Below are positions 37,720 to 52,080 of a stretch of 64,000 bases of DNA, in pieces. Both the position numbers and the translations under genes were made by a program. Source of the DNA: Octopus vulgaris (lineage: Eukaryota); contig OX597834.1 in NCBI GenBank assembly GCA_951406725.2, positions 33,790,001 through 33,854,000 of the forward strand, given 5' to 3'. The first letter of the stretch is position 1. Each line of letters begins with the position of its first letter. Under the pieces are notes generated by a model. That model had not been told where the DNA came from. It ran no database searches and saw nothing but the letters and a program-made list of their open reading frames with translations.

Positions 37720-39119
37720 TAACTACTGACTTATTCTTTGAAAGGGACTGAGTGATTCTCTGATTTAGTGTCTGACTATAAAACAGTAAATAGGAACATA
37801 TTTTTAAAAAATGAATAGAAATATTTTTTCACATAATTTTTCCACCTTAATAATTATTAGATAAACATATAATAATTTATAAACATCTAATTATTAAAGT
37901 GGAAAAATAATCAGAAAAAACCATTTCTATCAATTTCTTTTTCAAATATATGATAATGTATCAAAGACTTTCTATTTCTTATTCTCCTCTGTGTGTGCAT
38001 GCTGGTGTTAACCAATTCATAAGAATATGGTTAGGCCATTTAGCGTGTGAAGTCTGAGTGTGAAAATAAATACATATTTAGACCCTTAAGAGCCTTAAAG
38101 TTGAAACAAAATATTTTGTCAGACGTTATATTCAAGAGACAGAAATTCTGAAAGGTATTAAATATTTTTTGCATACAAAAAGTTATGTTGGTCCAAACAA
38201 AAAGAACCCTTAGAGCTCCCACCAAACTTTGAATTGTCTTCCCTTAAAACCTGTATTTTTTTTTTCTGAAGTGTCAAGAATTATTCTCAATAAATATTAT
38301 AAAGATATAGACTGTGGTACAGTATAAAGATACATTAAGTACAGAACTAACAACTAGAGTTGGATGTGTAGTCAAAGACTGCAATTAAACTTGGAGATAC
38401 TTAATAGTCAAAGAATATAATGAGGCATGGTAAATAGTTAAGGACCAGGCACTGTGATCAAATGTAGAGTTAGCTAGAGCATAGAACCTAGAGTCAAAGG
38501 TAGTGTTAGTTTAGGACAGTACTTCAAATAAAATGGTTAAAAAATGAATGGTTCAGAAAAAAAGGAGAGAACAATTGAAATTAAATAAAGTTCAATATAA
38601 AAAGAATCCAAGAACTTTGATATAAATTATATCAAGGGAAGTCACACAATACTTTAAGAATATTTTCTTATAATTCTGCTTAAGACATTTCATGTATAAC
38701 ATTACTATTTGTTTCTGATATGAAATATAAATTATTTTAAGCTGTTTGCCTTTAATAAAATACAATTATAAACTATAAATTGGCTTACTGTCTCTTTATT
38801 GGATAATACCATCGTTGTTGTTATTATTATTATTATGATGATGTTAAAGTATTGTGCCACAATTTGAAATACAAACATTATAAATAACAGACTTCAACTG
38901 ATTGAATATACCATCAAGCAAAACTTAGAACTCCAGCTGGCAAAATGATAATATATCCCTTTAAACTCTTTTTTGGATATATATATAAAATTCTAATAAC
39001 CTTATCATGTTTGGTATTTAGAATAATAATGACTGGGAGAGAGATATTTACATTGTAAACTTGGTGGAATATAAGTAAAATATATACATACAGATATGTA
39101 GGATGTGTGTGTGTGTGTG

Positions 39120-39163
<44 letters not shown>

Positions 39164-42100
39164 ATATACATCATCATAATCATATATATGTATATACACA
39201 CAAACATACATGCATACATACACACACATATATGCATATACAGTGTGTGTATGTGTATATACACACATTTATATATGTGTATACACATGTGCACACACAT
39301 ACACTCACACACGAATGGTTACATATATATGTTAACTGTTAGTAGTTACTTCTCTATCCACAATTTTCAGAAAGTTTTTGCAGTAACTAGAGTAGCAAAT
39401 TAACATTTTTTTGCTTCTTAAGAAAGCAAATCTGTCAAAGACAGGCATGCCTAAATTCTGGGACACTGGCATAAGGCTATGGTGTGGAAGGAACTTCAAC
39501 CGATATATACGTGTACTCTAAGATTGTCAATGACAAAGTATAGGTCACTTTTGTGTGTAGCATGAGATAAAAGTAATACCTAACAATATTATCACATAGA
39601 GACACACACACATATATATAAACACACAAAACATACATGTAAATATATACATACACATCATGGCACTCCGTCGGTTATGACAATGAGGGTTCCAGTTGAT
39701 CCTATCAACGGAACTGCCTGCTCGTGAAATTAACTTGCAAGTGGCTGAGCACTCCACAGACACATGCACCCTTAACGTAGTTCTCGGGGAGATTCAGCAT
39801 GACATACAGAATATGACAAGGCTGGACCCTCTTGAATTACAGGTACAACAGAAACAGGAAGAAAGAGTGAGAGAAAGTTGTGGTGAAAGAGTACAGCAGG
39901 GTTCGCCACTGCCCCCTGCCAGAGCCTGGTGGAGCTTTACATGTTTTTGCTTAATAAACACCCACAACGCCTGGTCTGGGAATTGAAACCGTGAGTCCGC
40001 TGCCCTAACCACTGGGCCATTGCGCCTCCACACATACACATAGACATATATATATACACACATACAGATACATAAATACACATACGTATTTACGTATGTA
40101 TTTATGGAATAGGATTTATGTATTGAGGTTATATCATGAAAATTAAATAAATAGAAAAGTAGGTTTATGTAATGTAAAAATCAGAAAAGGATCTATCTAC
40201 AGAAAATTTATTTTCTAATCAAAATAAATTATCTATTGAAATATCGTAAATATCTGAATATTACATGTTAAAATTGAAATTAAAATTTAAAAAGAAATTT
40301 CTATTCAGACTGAGAATGCAGAAAACTAACACAACAAATGTGAGTAATTCACTACTCTACACAAAACATGCTGAAGTTCTGAAAAATGGTGAATCCATGA
40401 AGAATTAATTCTACAATATCTTGGTGAGATCATGGTAATATATTACAAGGTAAAGAAGTTTATTCCTTAATTCTTAATATAATGGTAGAATACACACACA
40501 TATAGATATACACATCCAAGACCCCCTTCGGTCATGAATGACCATGGGATGCACCTAAAAAGTTCCCCTCTGAGGCACAAGTCCGGATAAGGTTGCTTAT
40601 GGAAGGCCAGCAGTTGCCCATGCATACCGGCCTCCCCTCTCCATGCCACTGATGTTATCCAAGGGAAAGGCAAAGGGGCCGATACAGCTTGGTACCAGTG
40701 ATGTCGCAACTTGTTTCCACAGATGAGTGAATTGGAGCAATGTGAAATAGAGTGTCTTGCTCAAGAACACAACACAGCCCGATCTGAAAATCGAACTCCC
40801 TACCTCATTATTGTAAGCCGATGCTCTAGCCACTAAGTCATGTGCCTTCACTTATACATACATATATATATATTGATTTTATTTCATTGAATTTATCCAC
40901 TTTTTGTGATCTAGTACTTGCTTCTTCTTTTAGAGGCCTTTTAATGTACTTATATATGAATAACATAAAGCCTAATGGCTAACATGTCTTTTGTGCTAGA
41001 TCACCGGTAATAATAATTTATTTTATTACCTTTTTACTATATATATATATATATGTATACACACACACACACTTATTTATCCACCCACTTACACCCCTAG
41101 TCCCTCAGTCCCCATTCACCCTCTCTTCTAAACCTGACCAGCCATGAAGGTCCTCTTGCAACAAGAACCTGCAGTGCCTTCCGCACTGGAGTACAATGCA
41201 GTCTTTGGGCGCAGCAGGGGATATGAACATAATGATGATGATGAGGAAGAGGATATATATATATTTGGCCTGTTTGCTTAGTCAGCAGGGTGGTCTCATT
41301 TAAAAGCTAAAATGATGTGAAGCACATTGTGACCAGTGACATATAACAATATTGGATAGTCTGGTCAATCACCTGATATACATATATATATATAGATATA
41401 TTTATTCATATATATATACACAATAAATATACATATCTGTAAAAGCACCCACTGCACTCTCAGAGTGGTGGGTGTTAGGAAGGGCATCCAGCTGTAGAAA
41501 TTCTGCCAGACCAGATTGGAGCCTGGTGCAGCCTTCTGGCTCTCCAGACCTCAGTCAAACCGTCCAACCCATGCCAGCAAGGAAAATGGATGTTAATCGA
41601 TGATGATGATGATATATTATATGATTGAACACCAGGCATCCTTTTCCAAGTAAGTTTTATCTATATATATATATTTGTATATTCATGAATAGATTTCCAA
41701 CTTTCAACAATGAGGTTTCAGGTTTTGATCAACTGAATTAACATGAAGGAGACACATGTGTCTTTAATGAAACCCTGAGGCAGAATTAACATGAAACAGT
41801 GTGTGCAAACAAAACTATATCTTTGAATTACAACCACAATCCATCCAACACAGTTACTCTCTGCCTCATTATACTAATAAGGTATGAGTCGCCCCAAAGA
41901 TAAAGAAAATGAAATTTTCCTAGTACCCCACATGTGATTGAACCCAGGACCTCATGGTTGTGAAGAGAACTTCTCAACCATTCAGCCATACTATGCCCTG
42001 GTGACATTTTAGTAATTGCTTTTCATTAGTTTTTCTGGACTTTCAGAGGCCAGTATATATAATATTTTGGCTATTTTGGGCTTTATAAGCAGAATTCAAG

Positions 42101-44452
42101 TTGCTTCCACTTTGTTTCTTTCATTAGAAGTCAGTACCACTAAAATAGAATTCTGTTTTTCATATGAAAACTTTAATTTAAACTAGTCTTAACAAATAAG
42201 CTTTGTTTAACCCCTTTGATACGAAACTGCCTTGGTTTACCAAGATACAAATTTTCTGTTTCGAAGTGATCCTCATTAAAAAGTTCCATTAAAATTTCAT
42301 TGTGATTTATATCCCTAACATCACCTCAATAATCCTTTCCACCGTAGGCACAAGGCCTGGAATTTTTGAGGAGGGGATCAATCGATCACATCAACCCCAA
42401 CACTCAATTGATAATCAATTTATCAACCTCAAAAGGATGAAAGGCAAAGTTAACCTCGGCGGAATTTGAAGCCAGAATGTAAAGACAGGTGAAATACTGC
42501 TAAGCATTTTGCTCAGCATGCTTGTCATTCTGCCAGCTTGCTACTTTATAAATATCACCTTAATAATGACAGTTATTTCACTAAATTCTTCAGTATTAAA
42601 AAAAAACAATTGAAACAAAGGTCATGTATTTCTGTAGAGATATGGTAACAAAAGGATTCAAGTGATTGACATCAAAACCTTCTATCAAAGTTCTAAGTTA
42701 ATTTATATTCCAAACACCAGCTGAATAATGACAGTTATTCTATTAAATTCTTTATTATTTTTGAAATTGAAATGAATGCACAATAGTTCAACAGAAATAT
42801 GGCAAAAAGGTTTAAGCAATCTAAATTAAAAACTTTCATCAAAATTCTATGTTAGTTTATGTTCCAAACAACAACTTAATAATAGCAAATATTTTGCTAA
42901 ATTCTTCACTAATTTCAAAACTAATGGAAACAAATGCAGGGTATTTCAGTAGAAAAATGATAGCTGAATGAGACATGAATTCACTGTATCTCATTTTTTT
43001 GCCAGTTTCCTGTACTATATATATTATTTTCTGCCTTGTTTATCTAAGCAATATCATTCACTCTTCCTACGTGTGACATTGAAAAAGAATTTTAATTCAA
43101 GGACAAACACATAATGCAACTTCTATCCCATTGAGTTACCCAAGTATTTAACTTTATAAACATATGAATAAGCATTTTCTAAAACATATTTGTGCAAACC
43201 TTGCATTTATTATTATAGCAATTAGAAACCTGTTGCTTTTGCCTGGATGCATGGTTCTCTGATTCAGACATGTACTTCACCAAACTTTGGGAAAAACACA
43301 GATGCTGGTTGACTACATTGAATCACAGTATTGCTAGGTCAGAATGAGTCTTCACTTTTGATGGGACATAGAAAATTAAAGAGATTGTCTCTGTTACACA
43401 TTAGTTTGTACAAGTCTTTCATAGCATCTTTAGGAGAGTAGACCAATGTCTTTGAGAGAGTACAGTAGTGCCTCTAGCAGAGTACATCACCATGATCTCC
43501 CATGTTTTTTTGTTATTCCCATGTAGTTTGAAGATGGGAAATTTGTTTTTCTTTTAATGGAAGAGTATATGTGATGATGTGACATTCATGCTTCTCTTAA
43601 GATCATTAGTGAAAAGACTACAACAATATAGCAACAACTGTGTTGTAATATTCATTTCCTGCTAACTCCCGTCCACTTTACCATGCTTACACACACACAT
43701 AACTACACAAACACACATGATCACACACATGTGAGTATGTGTGTGATTGTGTGCAAGTATATGTGTGTATGTGTGTGTGTGTGTACATGTTAGGTAACAC
43801 AACAATACAGTGATGACAAAGTGTTTGAAAATAATGTTCCTTTTTTGAAAAATACATTATTCTGGGGTGGGTTTTTTTTTTGGTATTTTTTTCAATATTT
43901 GACTTGTATAATTTCCCATCTCAAAGACATGCAAAGATGGAGGAAAAACATAAGAGTTAAATAAAAGATTTTAAAGAATAATTAAATTTAAGAAAAAAGT
44001 TGAAAAAGAGAAAAAAAAAGGTTCCTTGCAGGCTACGGATAGCAGAAGGGAACAGTCTGAAACATGATGCAATAACAAAAAAAAATGTCTTTAAAAAAAT
44101 TCTATAGAAATGGAACAAGATATGTTGCGTTGAATTGTGAAGTTCAACAAAGGAACGGAGACAGATGGACAGGCAAGGAGACAAGGCAGCAAACCAATTT
44201 GGTCTCAGTAATAATAGTTATACCAAAAATAGTCATGCCAATGTAAGAAAGAAAAAAAATGTTATCATGCATTTTTGTGTGGTTTTGAGAGCAAGACATT
44301 AAACCACAAATGAACGAACATCTGATGTGGAAAGAAAGAAAGAAAGACGCACTGAATGAACAAACATTACTGACCAAAAAAGAAAAAAAGGGAAAATAAC
44401 ACGAACCGACATTGATGAGGAAAGAAAGAAGAAATGAAGAAGAAAGACCCAC

Positions 44453-46630
44453 TTAACAAGACGAGGTCTGGCGATGGTGTTTGCAATCAAGCATTGAGAG
44501 ATTTCTCCTCTTCCATGGGCTTTGTTAATCTCCACGGATCTGCTTTGCCTAAATAAATGCCCAGGCGACATGGTATGAGGTTGGAATGGATTAGTATCTA
44601 AAGAACTATGACTATTGCTCAAACTGGATCTACTTTGATCTTCGGTAAATAGATAAGTATTACTGTAGGACGGATTTTCTGGACTAGATGAATCGGCGTT
44701 GATGAACGACTGCGAATCTTTTGAACGGCCGAACGTGTCGGAAGAAACAGTGGCAGCAGTAGAGGAAGCAGATAAGAGAGGTGAGCTAGAATTACTTCGA
44801 CTAGAACTACGGCTAAAAGGAATATCTATGTAGTAGTTATCACAGCTGCCTAAATACCAGGAATCGTCCAGTTTTTGCCAACATCTATCAACAGGAAATA
44901 AAGGACTACTTAATTCAGGAATGCTTTGCTTGCTCTCATCGCTGCTTGGCCTCTGGCTTTCGATGTCGGACGTATCACAATCAGCCATATTCGATTTAAA
45001 GCTACAACTGTTTGTGCTTATACTGCACGCTTGTTCATTGGAGTCGTTCTCTACACTTAAACTAAACACACTGACTGTGCTGCCACCTATACTTTCGAAA
45101 TCTTCCAGTGACGTCCTTCCTTTTGTATCACTGTGATTTGAGTCGCTATAATTCACGGAGCTAGCCTCCTCCAAATTAATTGTCTCTTCACTGATTGCAA
45201 CTAGACTGCCATCGTCAAAGCTCATTCTTAAGAAAAAGTTCATACCTAAACAGGAATCATAATCCTTAGATGCTGCGTGAATATTTCCAAATTCTTGGCT
45301 TTGTTTAGATTCCACAAGGTGACACCTACTATAACTAGTTCTGTCTTCGTGAGAATGGTGATTCTTTAATTTATACAAGTCTTTACGTCCAAATCTTGAT
45401 CTGTAGGGTCGCGTATCTATACAGGGAGCTCTTGACCGGATTTCATTACATAAGCTGTTTTTGTCATTGCGGTTTTGATCTGAGCAGTTCTGTAGACTTG
45501 GCCAATCATTCTCATCGGTGCTTGTCTCGTCCCCATTGTCATTGAAATCGGCCTGACAGTAATAGCCTCCTAGAATACAAGCTGGATGAAAAGCTTCCTC
45601 CTCGTCTTCTTCATCCTCCATCTCTGGCCACGAGTCTTTCTCAAAATGTACGCTAATACTATCATTGTCGATGCTTTCGTTAAAGTGGTAATCTAATACA
45701 ATACTCGGTTTCGGATAACTTTCTGGCTCGGCACACACAGGAAATTTTCGGCCACCATTGTAGCAAGCTTCTTGGTAGTCACTGTTCCTCACATTCGCTG
45801 GGTTGCAGTCTTCGCACACTCGACAGTTGTTGTATATCTCACCGCCATCACTTGCTCGTCTATTAACATCAGGCGGCATCAAACCACTTTGACGGAAATC
45901 ATGACTACGTCTACGATGATTGTTCAAAATCGTACGGATTGAATCGTCGATTGTATTGATCCAGTGGTATTCCTCGTTTACTGGCAGTTTGTTGATCGAT
46001 TCCGACGATCGCTTTACAGTGGTATCAAAATTTCGAGACTCATCCACCCTCCACTGCACATCTTCAATGCCAGCGGAGAGTTTGTTTTCAGAACTTGGCA
46101 ACAGTTTCCTTGAAGGACGGATGCTCCTTCGCTCCATTGTCAGATCTTCCCCAACAGGAGGCAGTACACGGCAACTGTTATTTTGTACATGGTTACTCTC
46201 TTTGCTTGTTTTATTTGTATTGCCAATGACTAAAACTACAGGGTTGCGATTATATTCCGGCTCCTTAATAATTTCTGGGTTATCTTTCTTGGCCGTTTCC
46301 TCCAAAGGGAACTGATAGTTCTCAACGACTATATTGTGTTCAGACCCAATCCATTTCCCAGAAGAATCTGAATTACTAATGGTAGTTTCTATGTTATTCT
46401 GCTTCTGGTTGCTATCCATACTATTCTGCACATCACTAACTACAACAGCATTAGTGGCACTAGTGCTAGGCTGTTCCCTCTCATACTCAATACCGACGTG
46501 GGCAGGAGGATCATCATACTCAATGCTTTTTTTATAGTTATGCTGTGTGCTGTTATAGGGTTTATTGGCCCGAGGCATTATCTCAGAGCTCTCTGGAGAA
46601 TCTGTCTGCAAAGATTCCTCTGGCATTGGC
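44453..46630 (-). CDS. myo3: Myosin III-like giant tail exon (2178 nt, phase 2-2), Ser/Asp/Glu-rich
   Basis: 775-codon ORF; acceptor tctttag|G CCA ATG; probable donor GTT AA|gtgggt, after which the ORF reads intron-like F/L-rich sequence; phase matches both neighbours. Confidence 0.7.
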
Positions 46631-48873
46631 CTAAAGATGAAGTAAACAAAAGAAAATTGGTAAATTCTTCACTTCAGAGTCTTCGGCTGCAACAGAACAA
46701 TTGATGGAATGGATACAAAAGACTCTCTTTCACACACACACACACGAATGTACACATAAATACATATAAATATAGATACAGATATGGCTGTGTGGTTAAG
46801 AGGTTTGCTTCCCAACCGCATGGTTTCAGGTTCAGTCCCACTGTGTGGCACCTCAGAGCAAGCAGCTTTTACTACAATTCTAGGCCAACCAAAGTTTTGT
46901 GATTGGATTTGGTAAATGGAAACTGAAAAAATTTCATGTGTGTTTGTGTCTTTTTGTCATGTTAAAACCACCCACTACACTCTTGTAGTTGGCATCAGGA
47001 AGGGCATCACCCCATAGAATCCATGCCAAAGCAGATTGGAACCTGGTGCAGTTCCCCTGCTTACCAGTTTTCAGTCAAACCGTCCAACCCATGCCAGCAT
47101 GGAAAATGATGGTAATGATGATGATGGTGATGATGATCACCATCATCATCATCATCATATGATAGTTGTAAGCAGTGCTCAATTCCAATCTGTCATAGAA
47201 AACATGTCTGACCATGGGGAAATATTATTTAAACTTAAAACATGAAAAGCCAGAAGAAATTGTTGTCCTGGAATGTAAATGGCTGACATTCCACAGACAT
47301 GAACCTTTAGCACTTTCGTTACCAACCCGGCTGGAACCGGCTCTGGCTCTGAGTACAAATATCTTATGTTCATAAGATTTGAATGAAAATCTTCCACCAA
47401 AACTTAGTCACAAGAAGAACTTAGTTATTTTACTAAATTCTTTGTATATACTTAAAATGAATTGAAAGAAACACAGAGCATCTCAAAATAAATACAGTAA
47501 CGAAAGGGTTAATATAACCATCAGGGAGAATCAAGACTGGTCCTTTAAATTACAGGTAAGCCCATCATGTATTATAGTGTGGAATGTGGCTGAATATACC
47601 ACAAACAGTTGTCCCTTTAACACAGTGTCTCTCAACCATTTTTTACCTTTGAGGTGCATTTTATTCAGATGAACCCATTTGATGTTTAAAAAAATCCCAT
47701 CAAATTTCTATAATTGAGTATCATTAGGGATTGTATAAAAATAATTCTTAAAATATCTTGTGTATTGTGGAAGTATAAGTAATTCACTGCACAAATTTTA
47801 ACAACAAAATCCTACACAGACCCCCACTAAGGGCCATATGGATCTCAGTTGGGAACCACAGGTTTAACATCAACATGAAACTGAGTTTGTGCGATAAAGT
47901 AGACCTTCAACTGATAGGCTTCCATACAGTTTCTATCAAACCGATTTCACTTCACGGGGCTTGGGATGACCAAGGACTACAGAAGAGGAGAGTTGCTGTC
48001 ACTAAATGGGATTGAACTTGAAACCTTGTGATTGAGAAGTAAACATCTTAACCACTGAACAACCCTTGTGTCCAGGCATATATAGACATACAAATATATA
48101 CACACACACACAAATGGGCACACATACACACAACTATTCATGTACACAAACACAACTGTATAACATATACACATGCACACACACATGCACCCCACACATG
48201 GAAGTCTTACAAACTTACCTGTTCTAAATGATGTCAACATAGCAATAAAAAATTAATGAATTCTTCACAAATTACGAAATTTCTTCACAATATAATCAAC
48301 AAGAATCAAAGCAAGGAATCTTATATAGAATGGTAATATGAAATCAGGGAGATATTTGTATGCATGATAATGATGATGATGATGTTTAACCTTAATTTGG
48401 ACATGCTCCAGTAATCCTATGGTTTACGATGCAAAAATTAGGGAGCATTCCCACAATATAATCAATATATTTCTTAGAATTACTGCATTCATTTTGGAAT
48501 GGTAAATGCTTACTCAAGGAGAGGAAATATCAGGAAAAAAAAATACCCCAGAAATACTGAAGTATTCACAGAATTGTTGAAATACATATTTATATATTTA
48601 TCAAATGTGTCATATGTGTGGGTTATATAAGGTATACATGCATATATATACATATATATATATATGCATATATATATACATATATATAATATATATATAT
48701 ATGATATTGTATAATATATGCAATATATACACTATGTATATGCATATATATACTATATATATTATTATATATACATACTATATAATATATATATATATTT
48801 ATATATATATATATATATATATATCTGAATGATAAGAATATCCAAGAGAAATAAACAGTAAAATTGCAAATAC

Positions 48874-48948
48874 TTTTTAATTTGATTGACTCTGAGTTTT
48901 TCCTTGATACTCGCAAATGTCGTCTTTCCAGATGGTTTCTCAGTTGGC
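48874..48948 (-). CDS. myo3: Myosin III-like tail exon (75 nt, phase 2-2)
   Basis: gtttcag|G CCA ACT; PTEKPSGKTTFASIKEKLRVNQIK; donor AA|gtattt is weaker. Confidence 0.6.
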
Positions 48949-50365
48949 CTGAAACAAAGAAAAAAAGAAACATTTGTTAGAACTCTTGGAAAACGATGCA
49001 GGAACTTCTAACAGCTTTTATCTTCATCTACCCATAATGGGATTCAGTTCTTGATTAAGCTATTAAGGTGTTCTAGGTTTAGGGTTTTCTGAAGACCAAG
49101 TTGAGGCACATGATCGTAAGATTGAGGGTTCAATTCCTGGTTCTGGTGATGAATTGTGTGTTCTTGATTAAAAGACTTCATTTCAAGTTGTTCCAGTTCT
49201 CTCAGCTGGTAAAAATTGATTAATCCTGTAACAGACCAGCGTCCCATCCAGGAAGAAATATATACCCCAGAGAAACCAGGAAACCGTTCCTATACTCCTC
49301 ATGGAGTAATGTGGACTAATTGCATCAATACAAGGGCAATATTGTGCAAATTATGAGAGCAACCCTCGTCCTTTTTTCAGTAGTGGCTGTGTGATTACAA
49401 AGGGCTCAACTGCTACTTAATTTATCGACCCTAAAAGGATGAAAGGTAAACTTATCTCAGTGGGATTTGAACACAGAACATAAGGGGCTAGATGAAATAC
49501 TGTAATAATAACGGTTTCAAATTTTGGCACAAGGCCAGCAATTTTGGGGGATGGGCTTAGTTGATTACATTGACCCTAGTGCTCAACTGGTCCTTATTTT
49601 ATCAACCCCAAAAGGATGAAAGGCAAAGTCAACCTCGGCAGAATTTGAACCCAGAATGCAACGATAGACAAAAAGTCACCAAGCATTTTGCTTGGCATGC
49701 TACCGATTCCACCAGCTTGCCACCTTATGTAATAACAACAACAACAGCAGCAGCAGCAGCCACAGATTTGCTTGTCAGTTGCTTGACCGTAACCAGTTGA
49801 GCATGTCCCTTAGTGGCTGACAATATGTGCATCTCTGACCACGAGCAGAAGTAGTGGGGGAGCATCATAGCCATGTGTTGAGAGGAATTCTTTGGGGTTT
49901 GAATAATTCACCTCTGGAAATATGGGTGTTTCATTCAACATCCTTAAACAACCCTTATCTAGGGACCTTTTGAGTGGGACGGGCTACTCGACCTGAAGAA
50001 AATTCTAACAGGGCCCCACCTGCAAAGACATGCACCGTTTATCTTGATATATGGCTACCATGTCACACACATATAGTTGTGATGCATGTGCCTGATGTAC
50101 CTTTATCAGTCATGATGGGCATATTAGGATTCATATATTTTTGTACACAGGCGTCACTCCGATGGCATGTGCTGCTCTCTCACTCATTAGTAATAATAAT
50201 GGTTTCAAATTTTGGCACAATGGCTGTGAGTTTGGTAAGTTGATTACATCGACCCCAGTACTTAACTGGTACTTATTTTATTGACCCCTAAAAGATGAAA
50301 GGCAAATTCAACCTCGGTGGAATTTGAATTCAGAACGTAAAGAAAGGTTACAATAATAATAATAA

Positions 50366-50396
<31 letters not shown>

Positions 50397-50437
50397 GAGG
50401 AATTGATGATGATGATGATGGTGGTGCTAGTACTCAC

Positions 50438-50500
50438 TTAAATCCTGAAGCACTGTCATAATAAGCCATTCCTTTCTTCTCTAAAATTGCTTTGAAGGCA
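50438..50500 (-). CDS. myo3: Myosin III-like tail exon (63 nt, phase 2-2)
   Basis: tttttcag|T GCC...; AFKAILEKKGMAYYDSASGF; AA|gtgagt; the other two frames contain stops. Confidence 0.7.
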
Positions 50501-50679
50501 CTGAAAAACAGAATGAGCCAAATGTATACATGAGGCAACAACATATTAGCACACACTCTCTAGTATTACTTTCCCATACAGCAGCACACATCTCTAGGCA
50601 TTTATCCTGCACTCATTTGTTTACAACACTAATAAGAATTTGACTCTCCGTTTTTAGTTTAATATACACATACATCATA

Positions 50680-51244
50680 TTGGGTTGTCTGGAAAGTTCG
50701 TGCCGATTTATAGTAGCTTACCTTTCGACTTATTTTAGAACATGGTTGAGTCCATGAAAAAGGATTTGACGACACCTCCATTTAGAGCACAGTTTAAGCT
50801 ATCTTTTCGTGGAAGAAGATTTATGTTCCTATAACCTGTGTTAATTCTGTAACCCTTTAAAATGGAAGATAAGAAAGTTCATTTTCGGTATTGATGCTTT
50901 GGGAACCAGACAAAAATTGCTGCAGCTTGGCTGGGATGTGTTACCCCACCCTCCATATTCACCAGATATTGCTCCTTCAGATTTCCACTTATTCAGGTCT
51001 CTACAGAATAGTCTTAATAGAAAAAGTTTCAATTCCTTGGATGACATAAAAAGATACCTTGATGAATTCTTTGCCATGAAACCACCTCAATTCTGGGAAG
51101 AGGGTATTTTCAAGTTAAAGGAAAGATGGAGATGCATTGTGCAACAAAATGGTTCATATTTGGTTGATTAAAAATGTAATGGCAAGTATTTATTGACTTT
51201 TTTCTTTCCTTTAAAAATTGGCACGAACTTTTCAGACAACCCAA
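50680..51244 (+). mobile_element. Internally deleted mariner
   Basis: TIRs TTGGGTTGTCTG.AAAGTTCGTGCC with TA flanks; WDVLPHPPYSPDIAPSDFHLFRSLQN. Confidence 0.92.
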
Positions 51245-51251
51245 TACATAC

Positions 51252-51293
<42 letters not shown>

Positions 51294-51650
51294 GTCAAGG
51301 TAGAAAATGCTAAAATAACAAGGAACAAGAAGAAACAAGGATGGGTCATTTGGAGTTTTCTTTCGTCAGTCGAGTTCCAGAATATCTTTGCAATTTCGAA
51401 TATAACCAGCTGAAATTGCAAAGATAATCTGGTACTTGACTGAGGAAAGAAAACTCCAAATGATCTGTCCTTGTTTTTCTTGTTCCATTTTTGTATCATC
51501 TGTCTGGATGTTTTGCGTTCTTGTCTTATATTTCTTGATTGATATATATATATATATATAATAATTATTTGAGGGAATATTATTCCTAACTTTCAGGGAA
51601 TTCAATTTAGAAATACTAATTCAAATTTCACAAAATATAATATATATATA

Positions 51651-51944
51651 AAAATGAGAAAAAACCACCTTTTATCAATCTAAAATGAACAATTAAATTA
51701 CACCATCTAGAAAATTACATATAATAGAAATATTAAAATTAAAATAACAATAATATACTGATGATGAAGTAAATTGCAAAATAATAATAAAAGCATATAT
51801 ATTTTGTTATTATTTTGCAATTTACTTAATCATCGATATATTATTGTTATTTTAATTTTAATATTTCTATTATATGTAATTTTCTAGATGGTGTAATTTA
51901 ATTGTTCATTTTAGATTGATAAAAGGTGGTTTTTTCTCATTTTT
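51651..51944. repeat. Near-perfect about 290-bp palindrome in (TA)n
   Basis: AAAATGAGAAAAAACCACCTTTTATCAATC... mirrored by ...GATTGATAAAAGGTGGTTTTTTCTCATTTT; centre near 51797. Confidence 0.9.
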
Positions 51945-52080
51945 ATATATATATATAACTTTAGATTTTTATTTGATGTAGGGCTAGTAAGTTGTGAGTT
52001 TCTTCATGTCCAAGGGAGGGTCAAGCAAGAAGTAGAGGAATAATCTGGTTAATATTGACAGAACATTCATGTGTGCTTAC

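Noticed and set aside
41087-41220. Possible extra myosin exon with a gtaagt donor
   Set aside because: Stops in the required phase from both candidate acceptors
44299-44452. C-terminal hydrophobic part of the 775-aa ORF as a transmembrane anchor
   Set aside because: Follows a good donor (AA|gtgggt) and is T-rich intron-like sequence; an alternative terminal exon cannot be fully excluded
32320-44470. RLVKF (PP1 RVxF) motif at a giant-exon/291-nt-exon junction
   Set aside because: Forms only if the 87-nt exon at 34087-34173 is skipped, and there is no evidence for that junction
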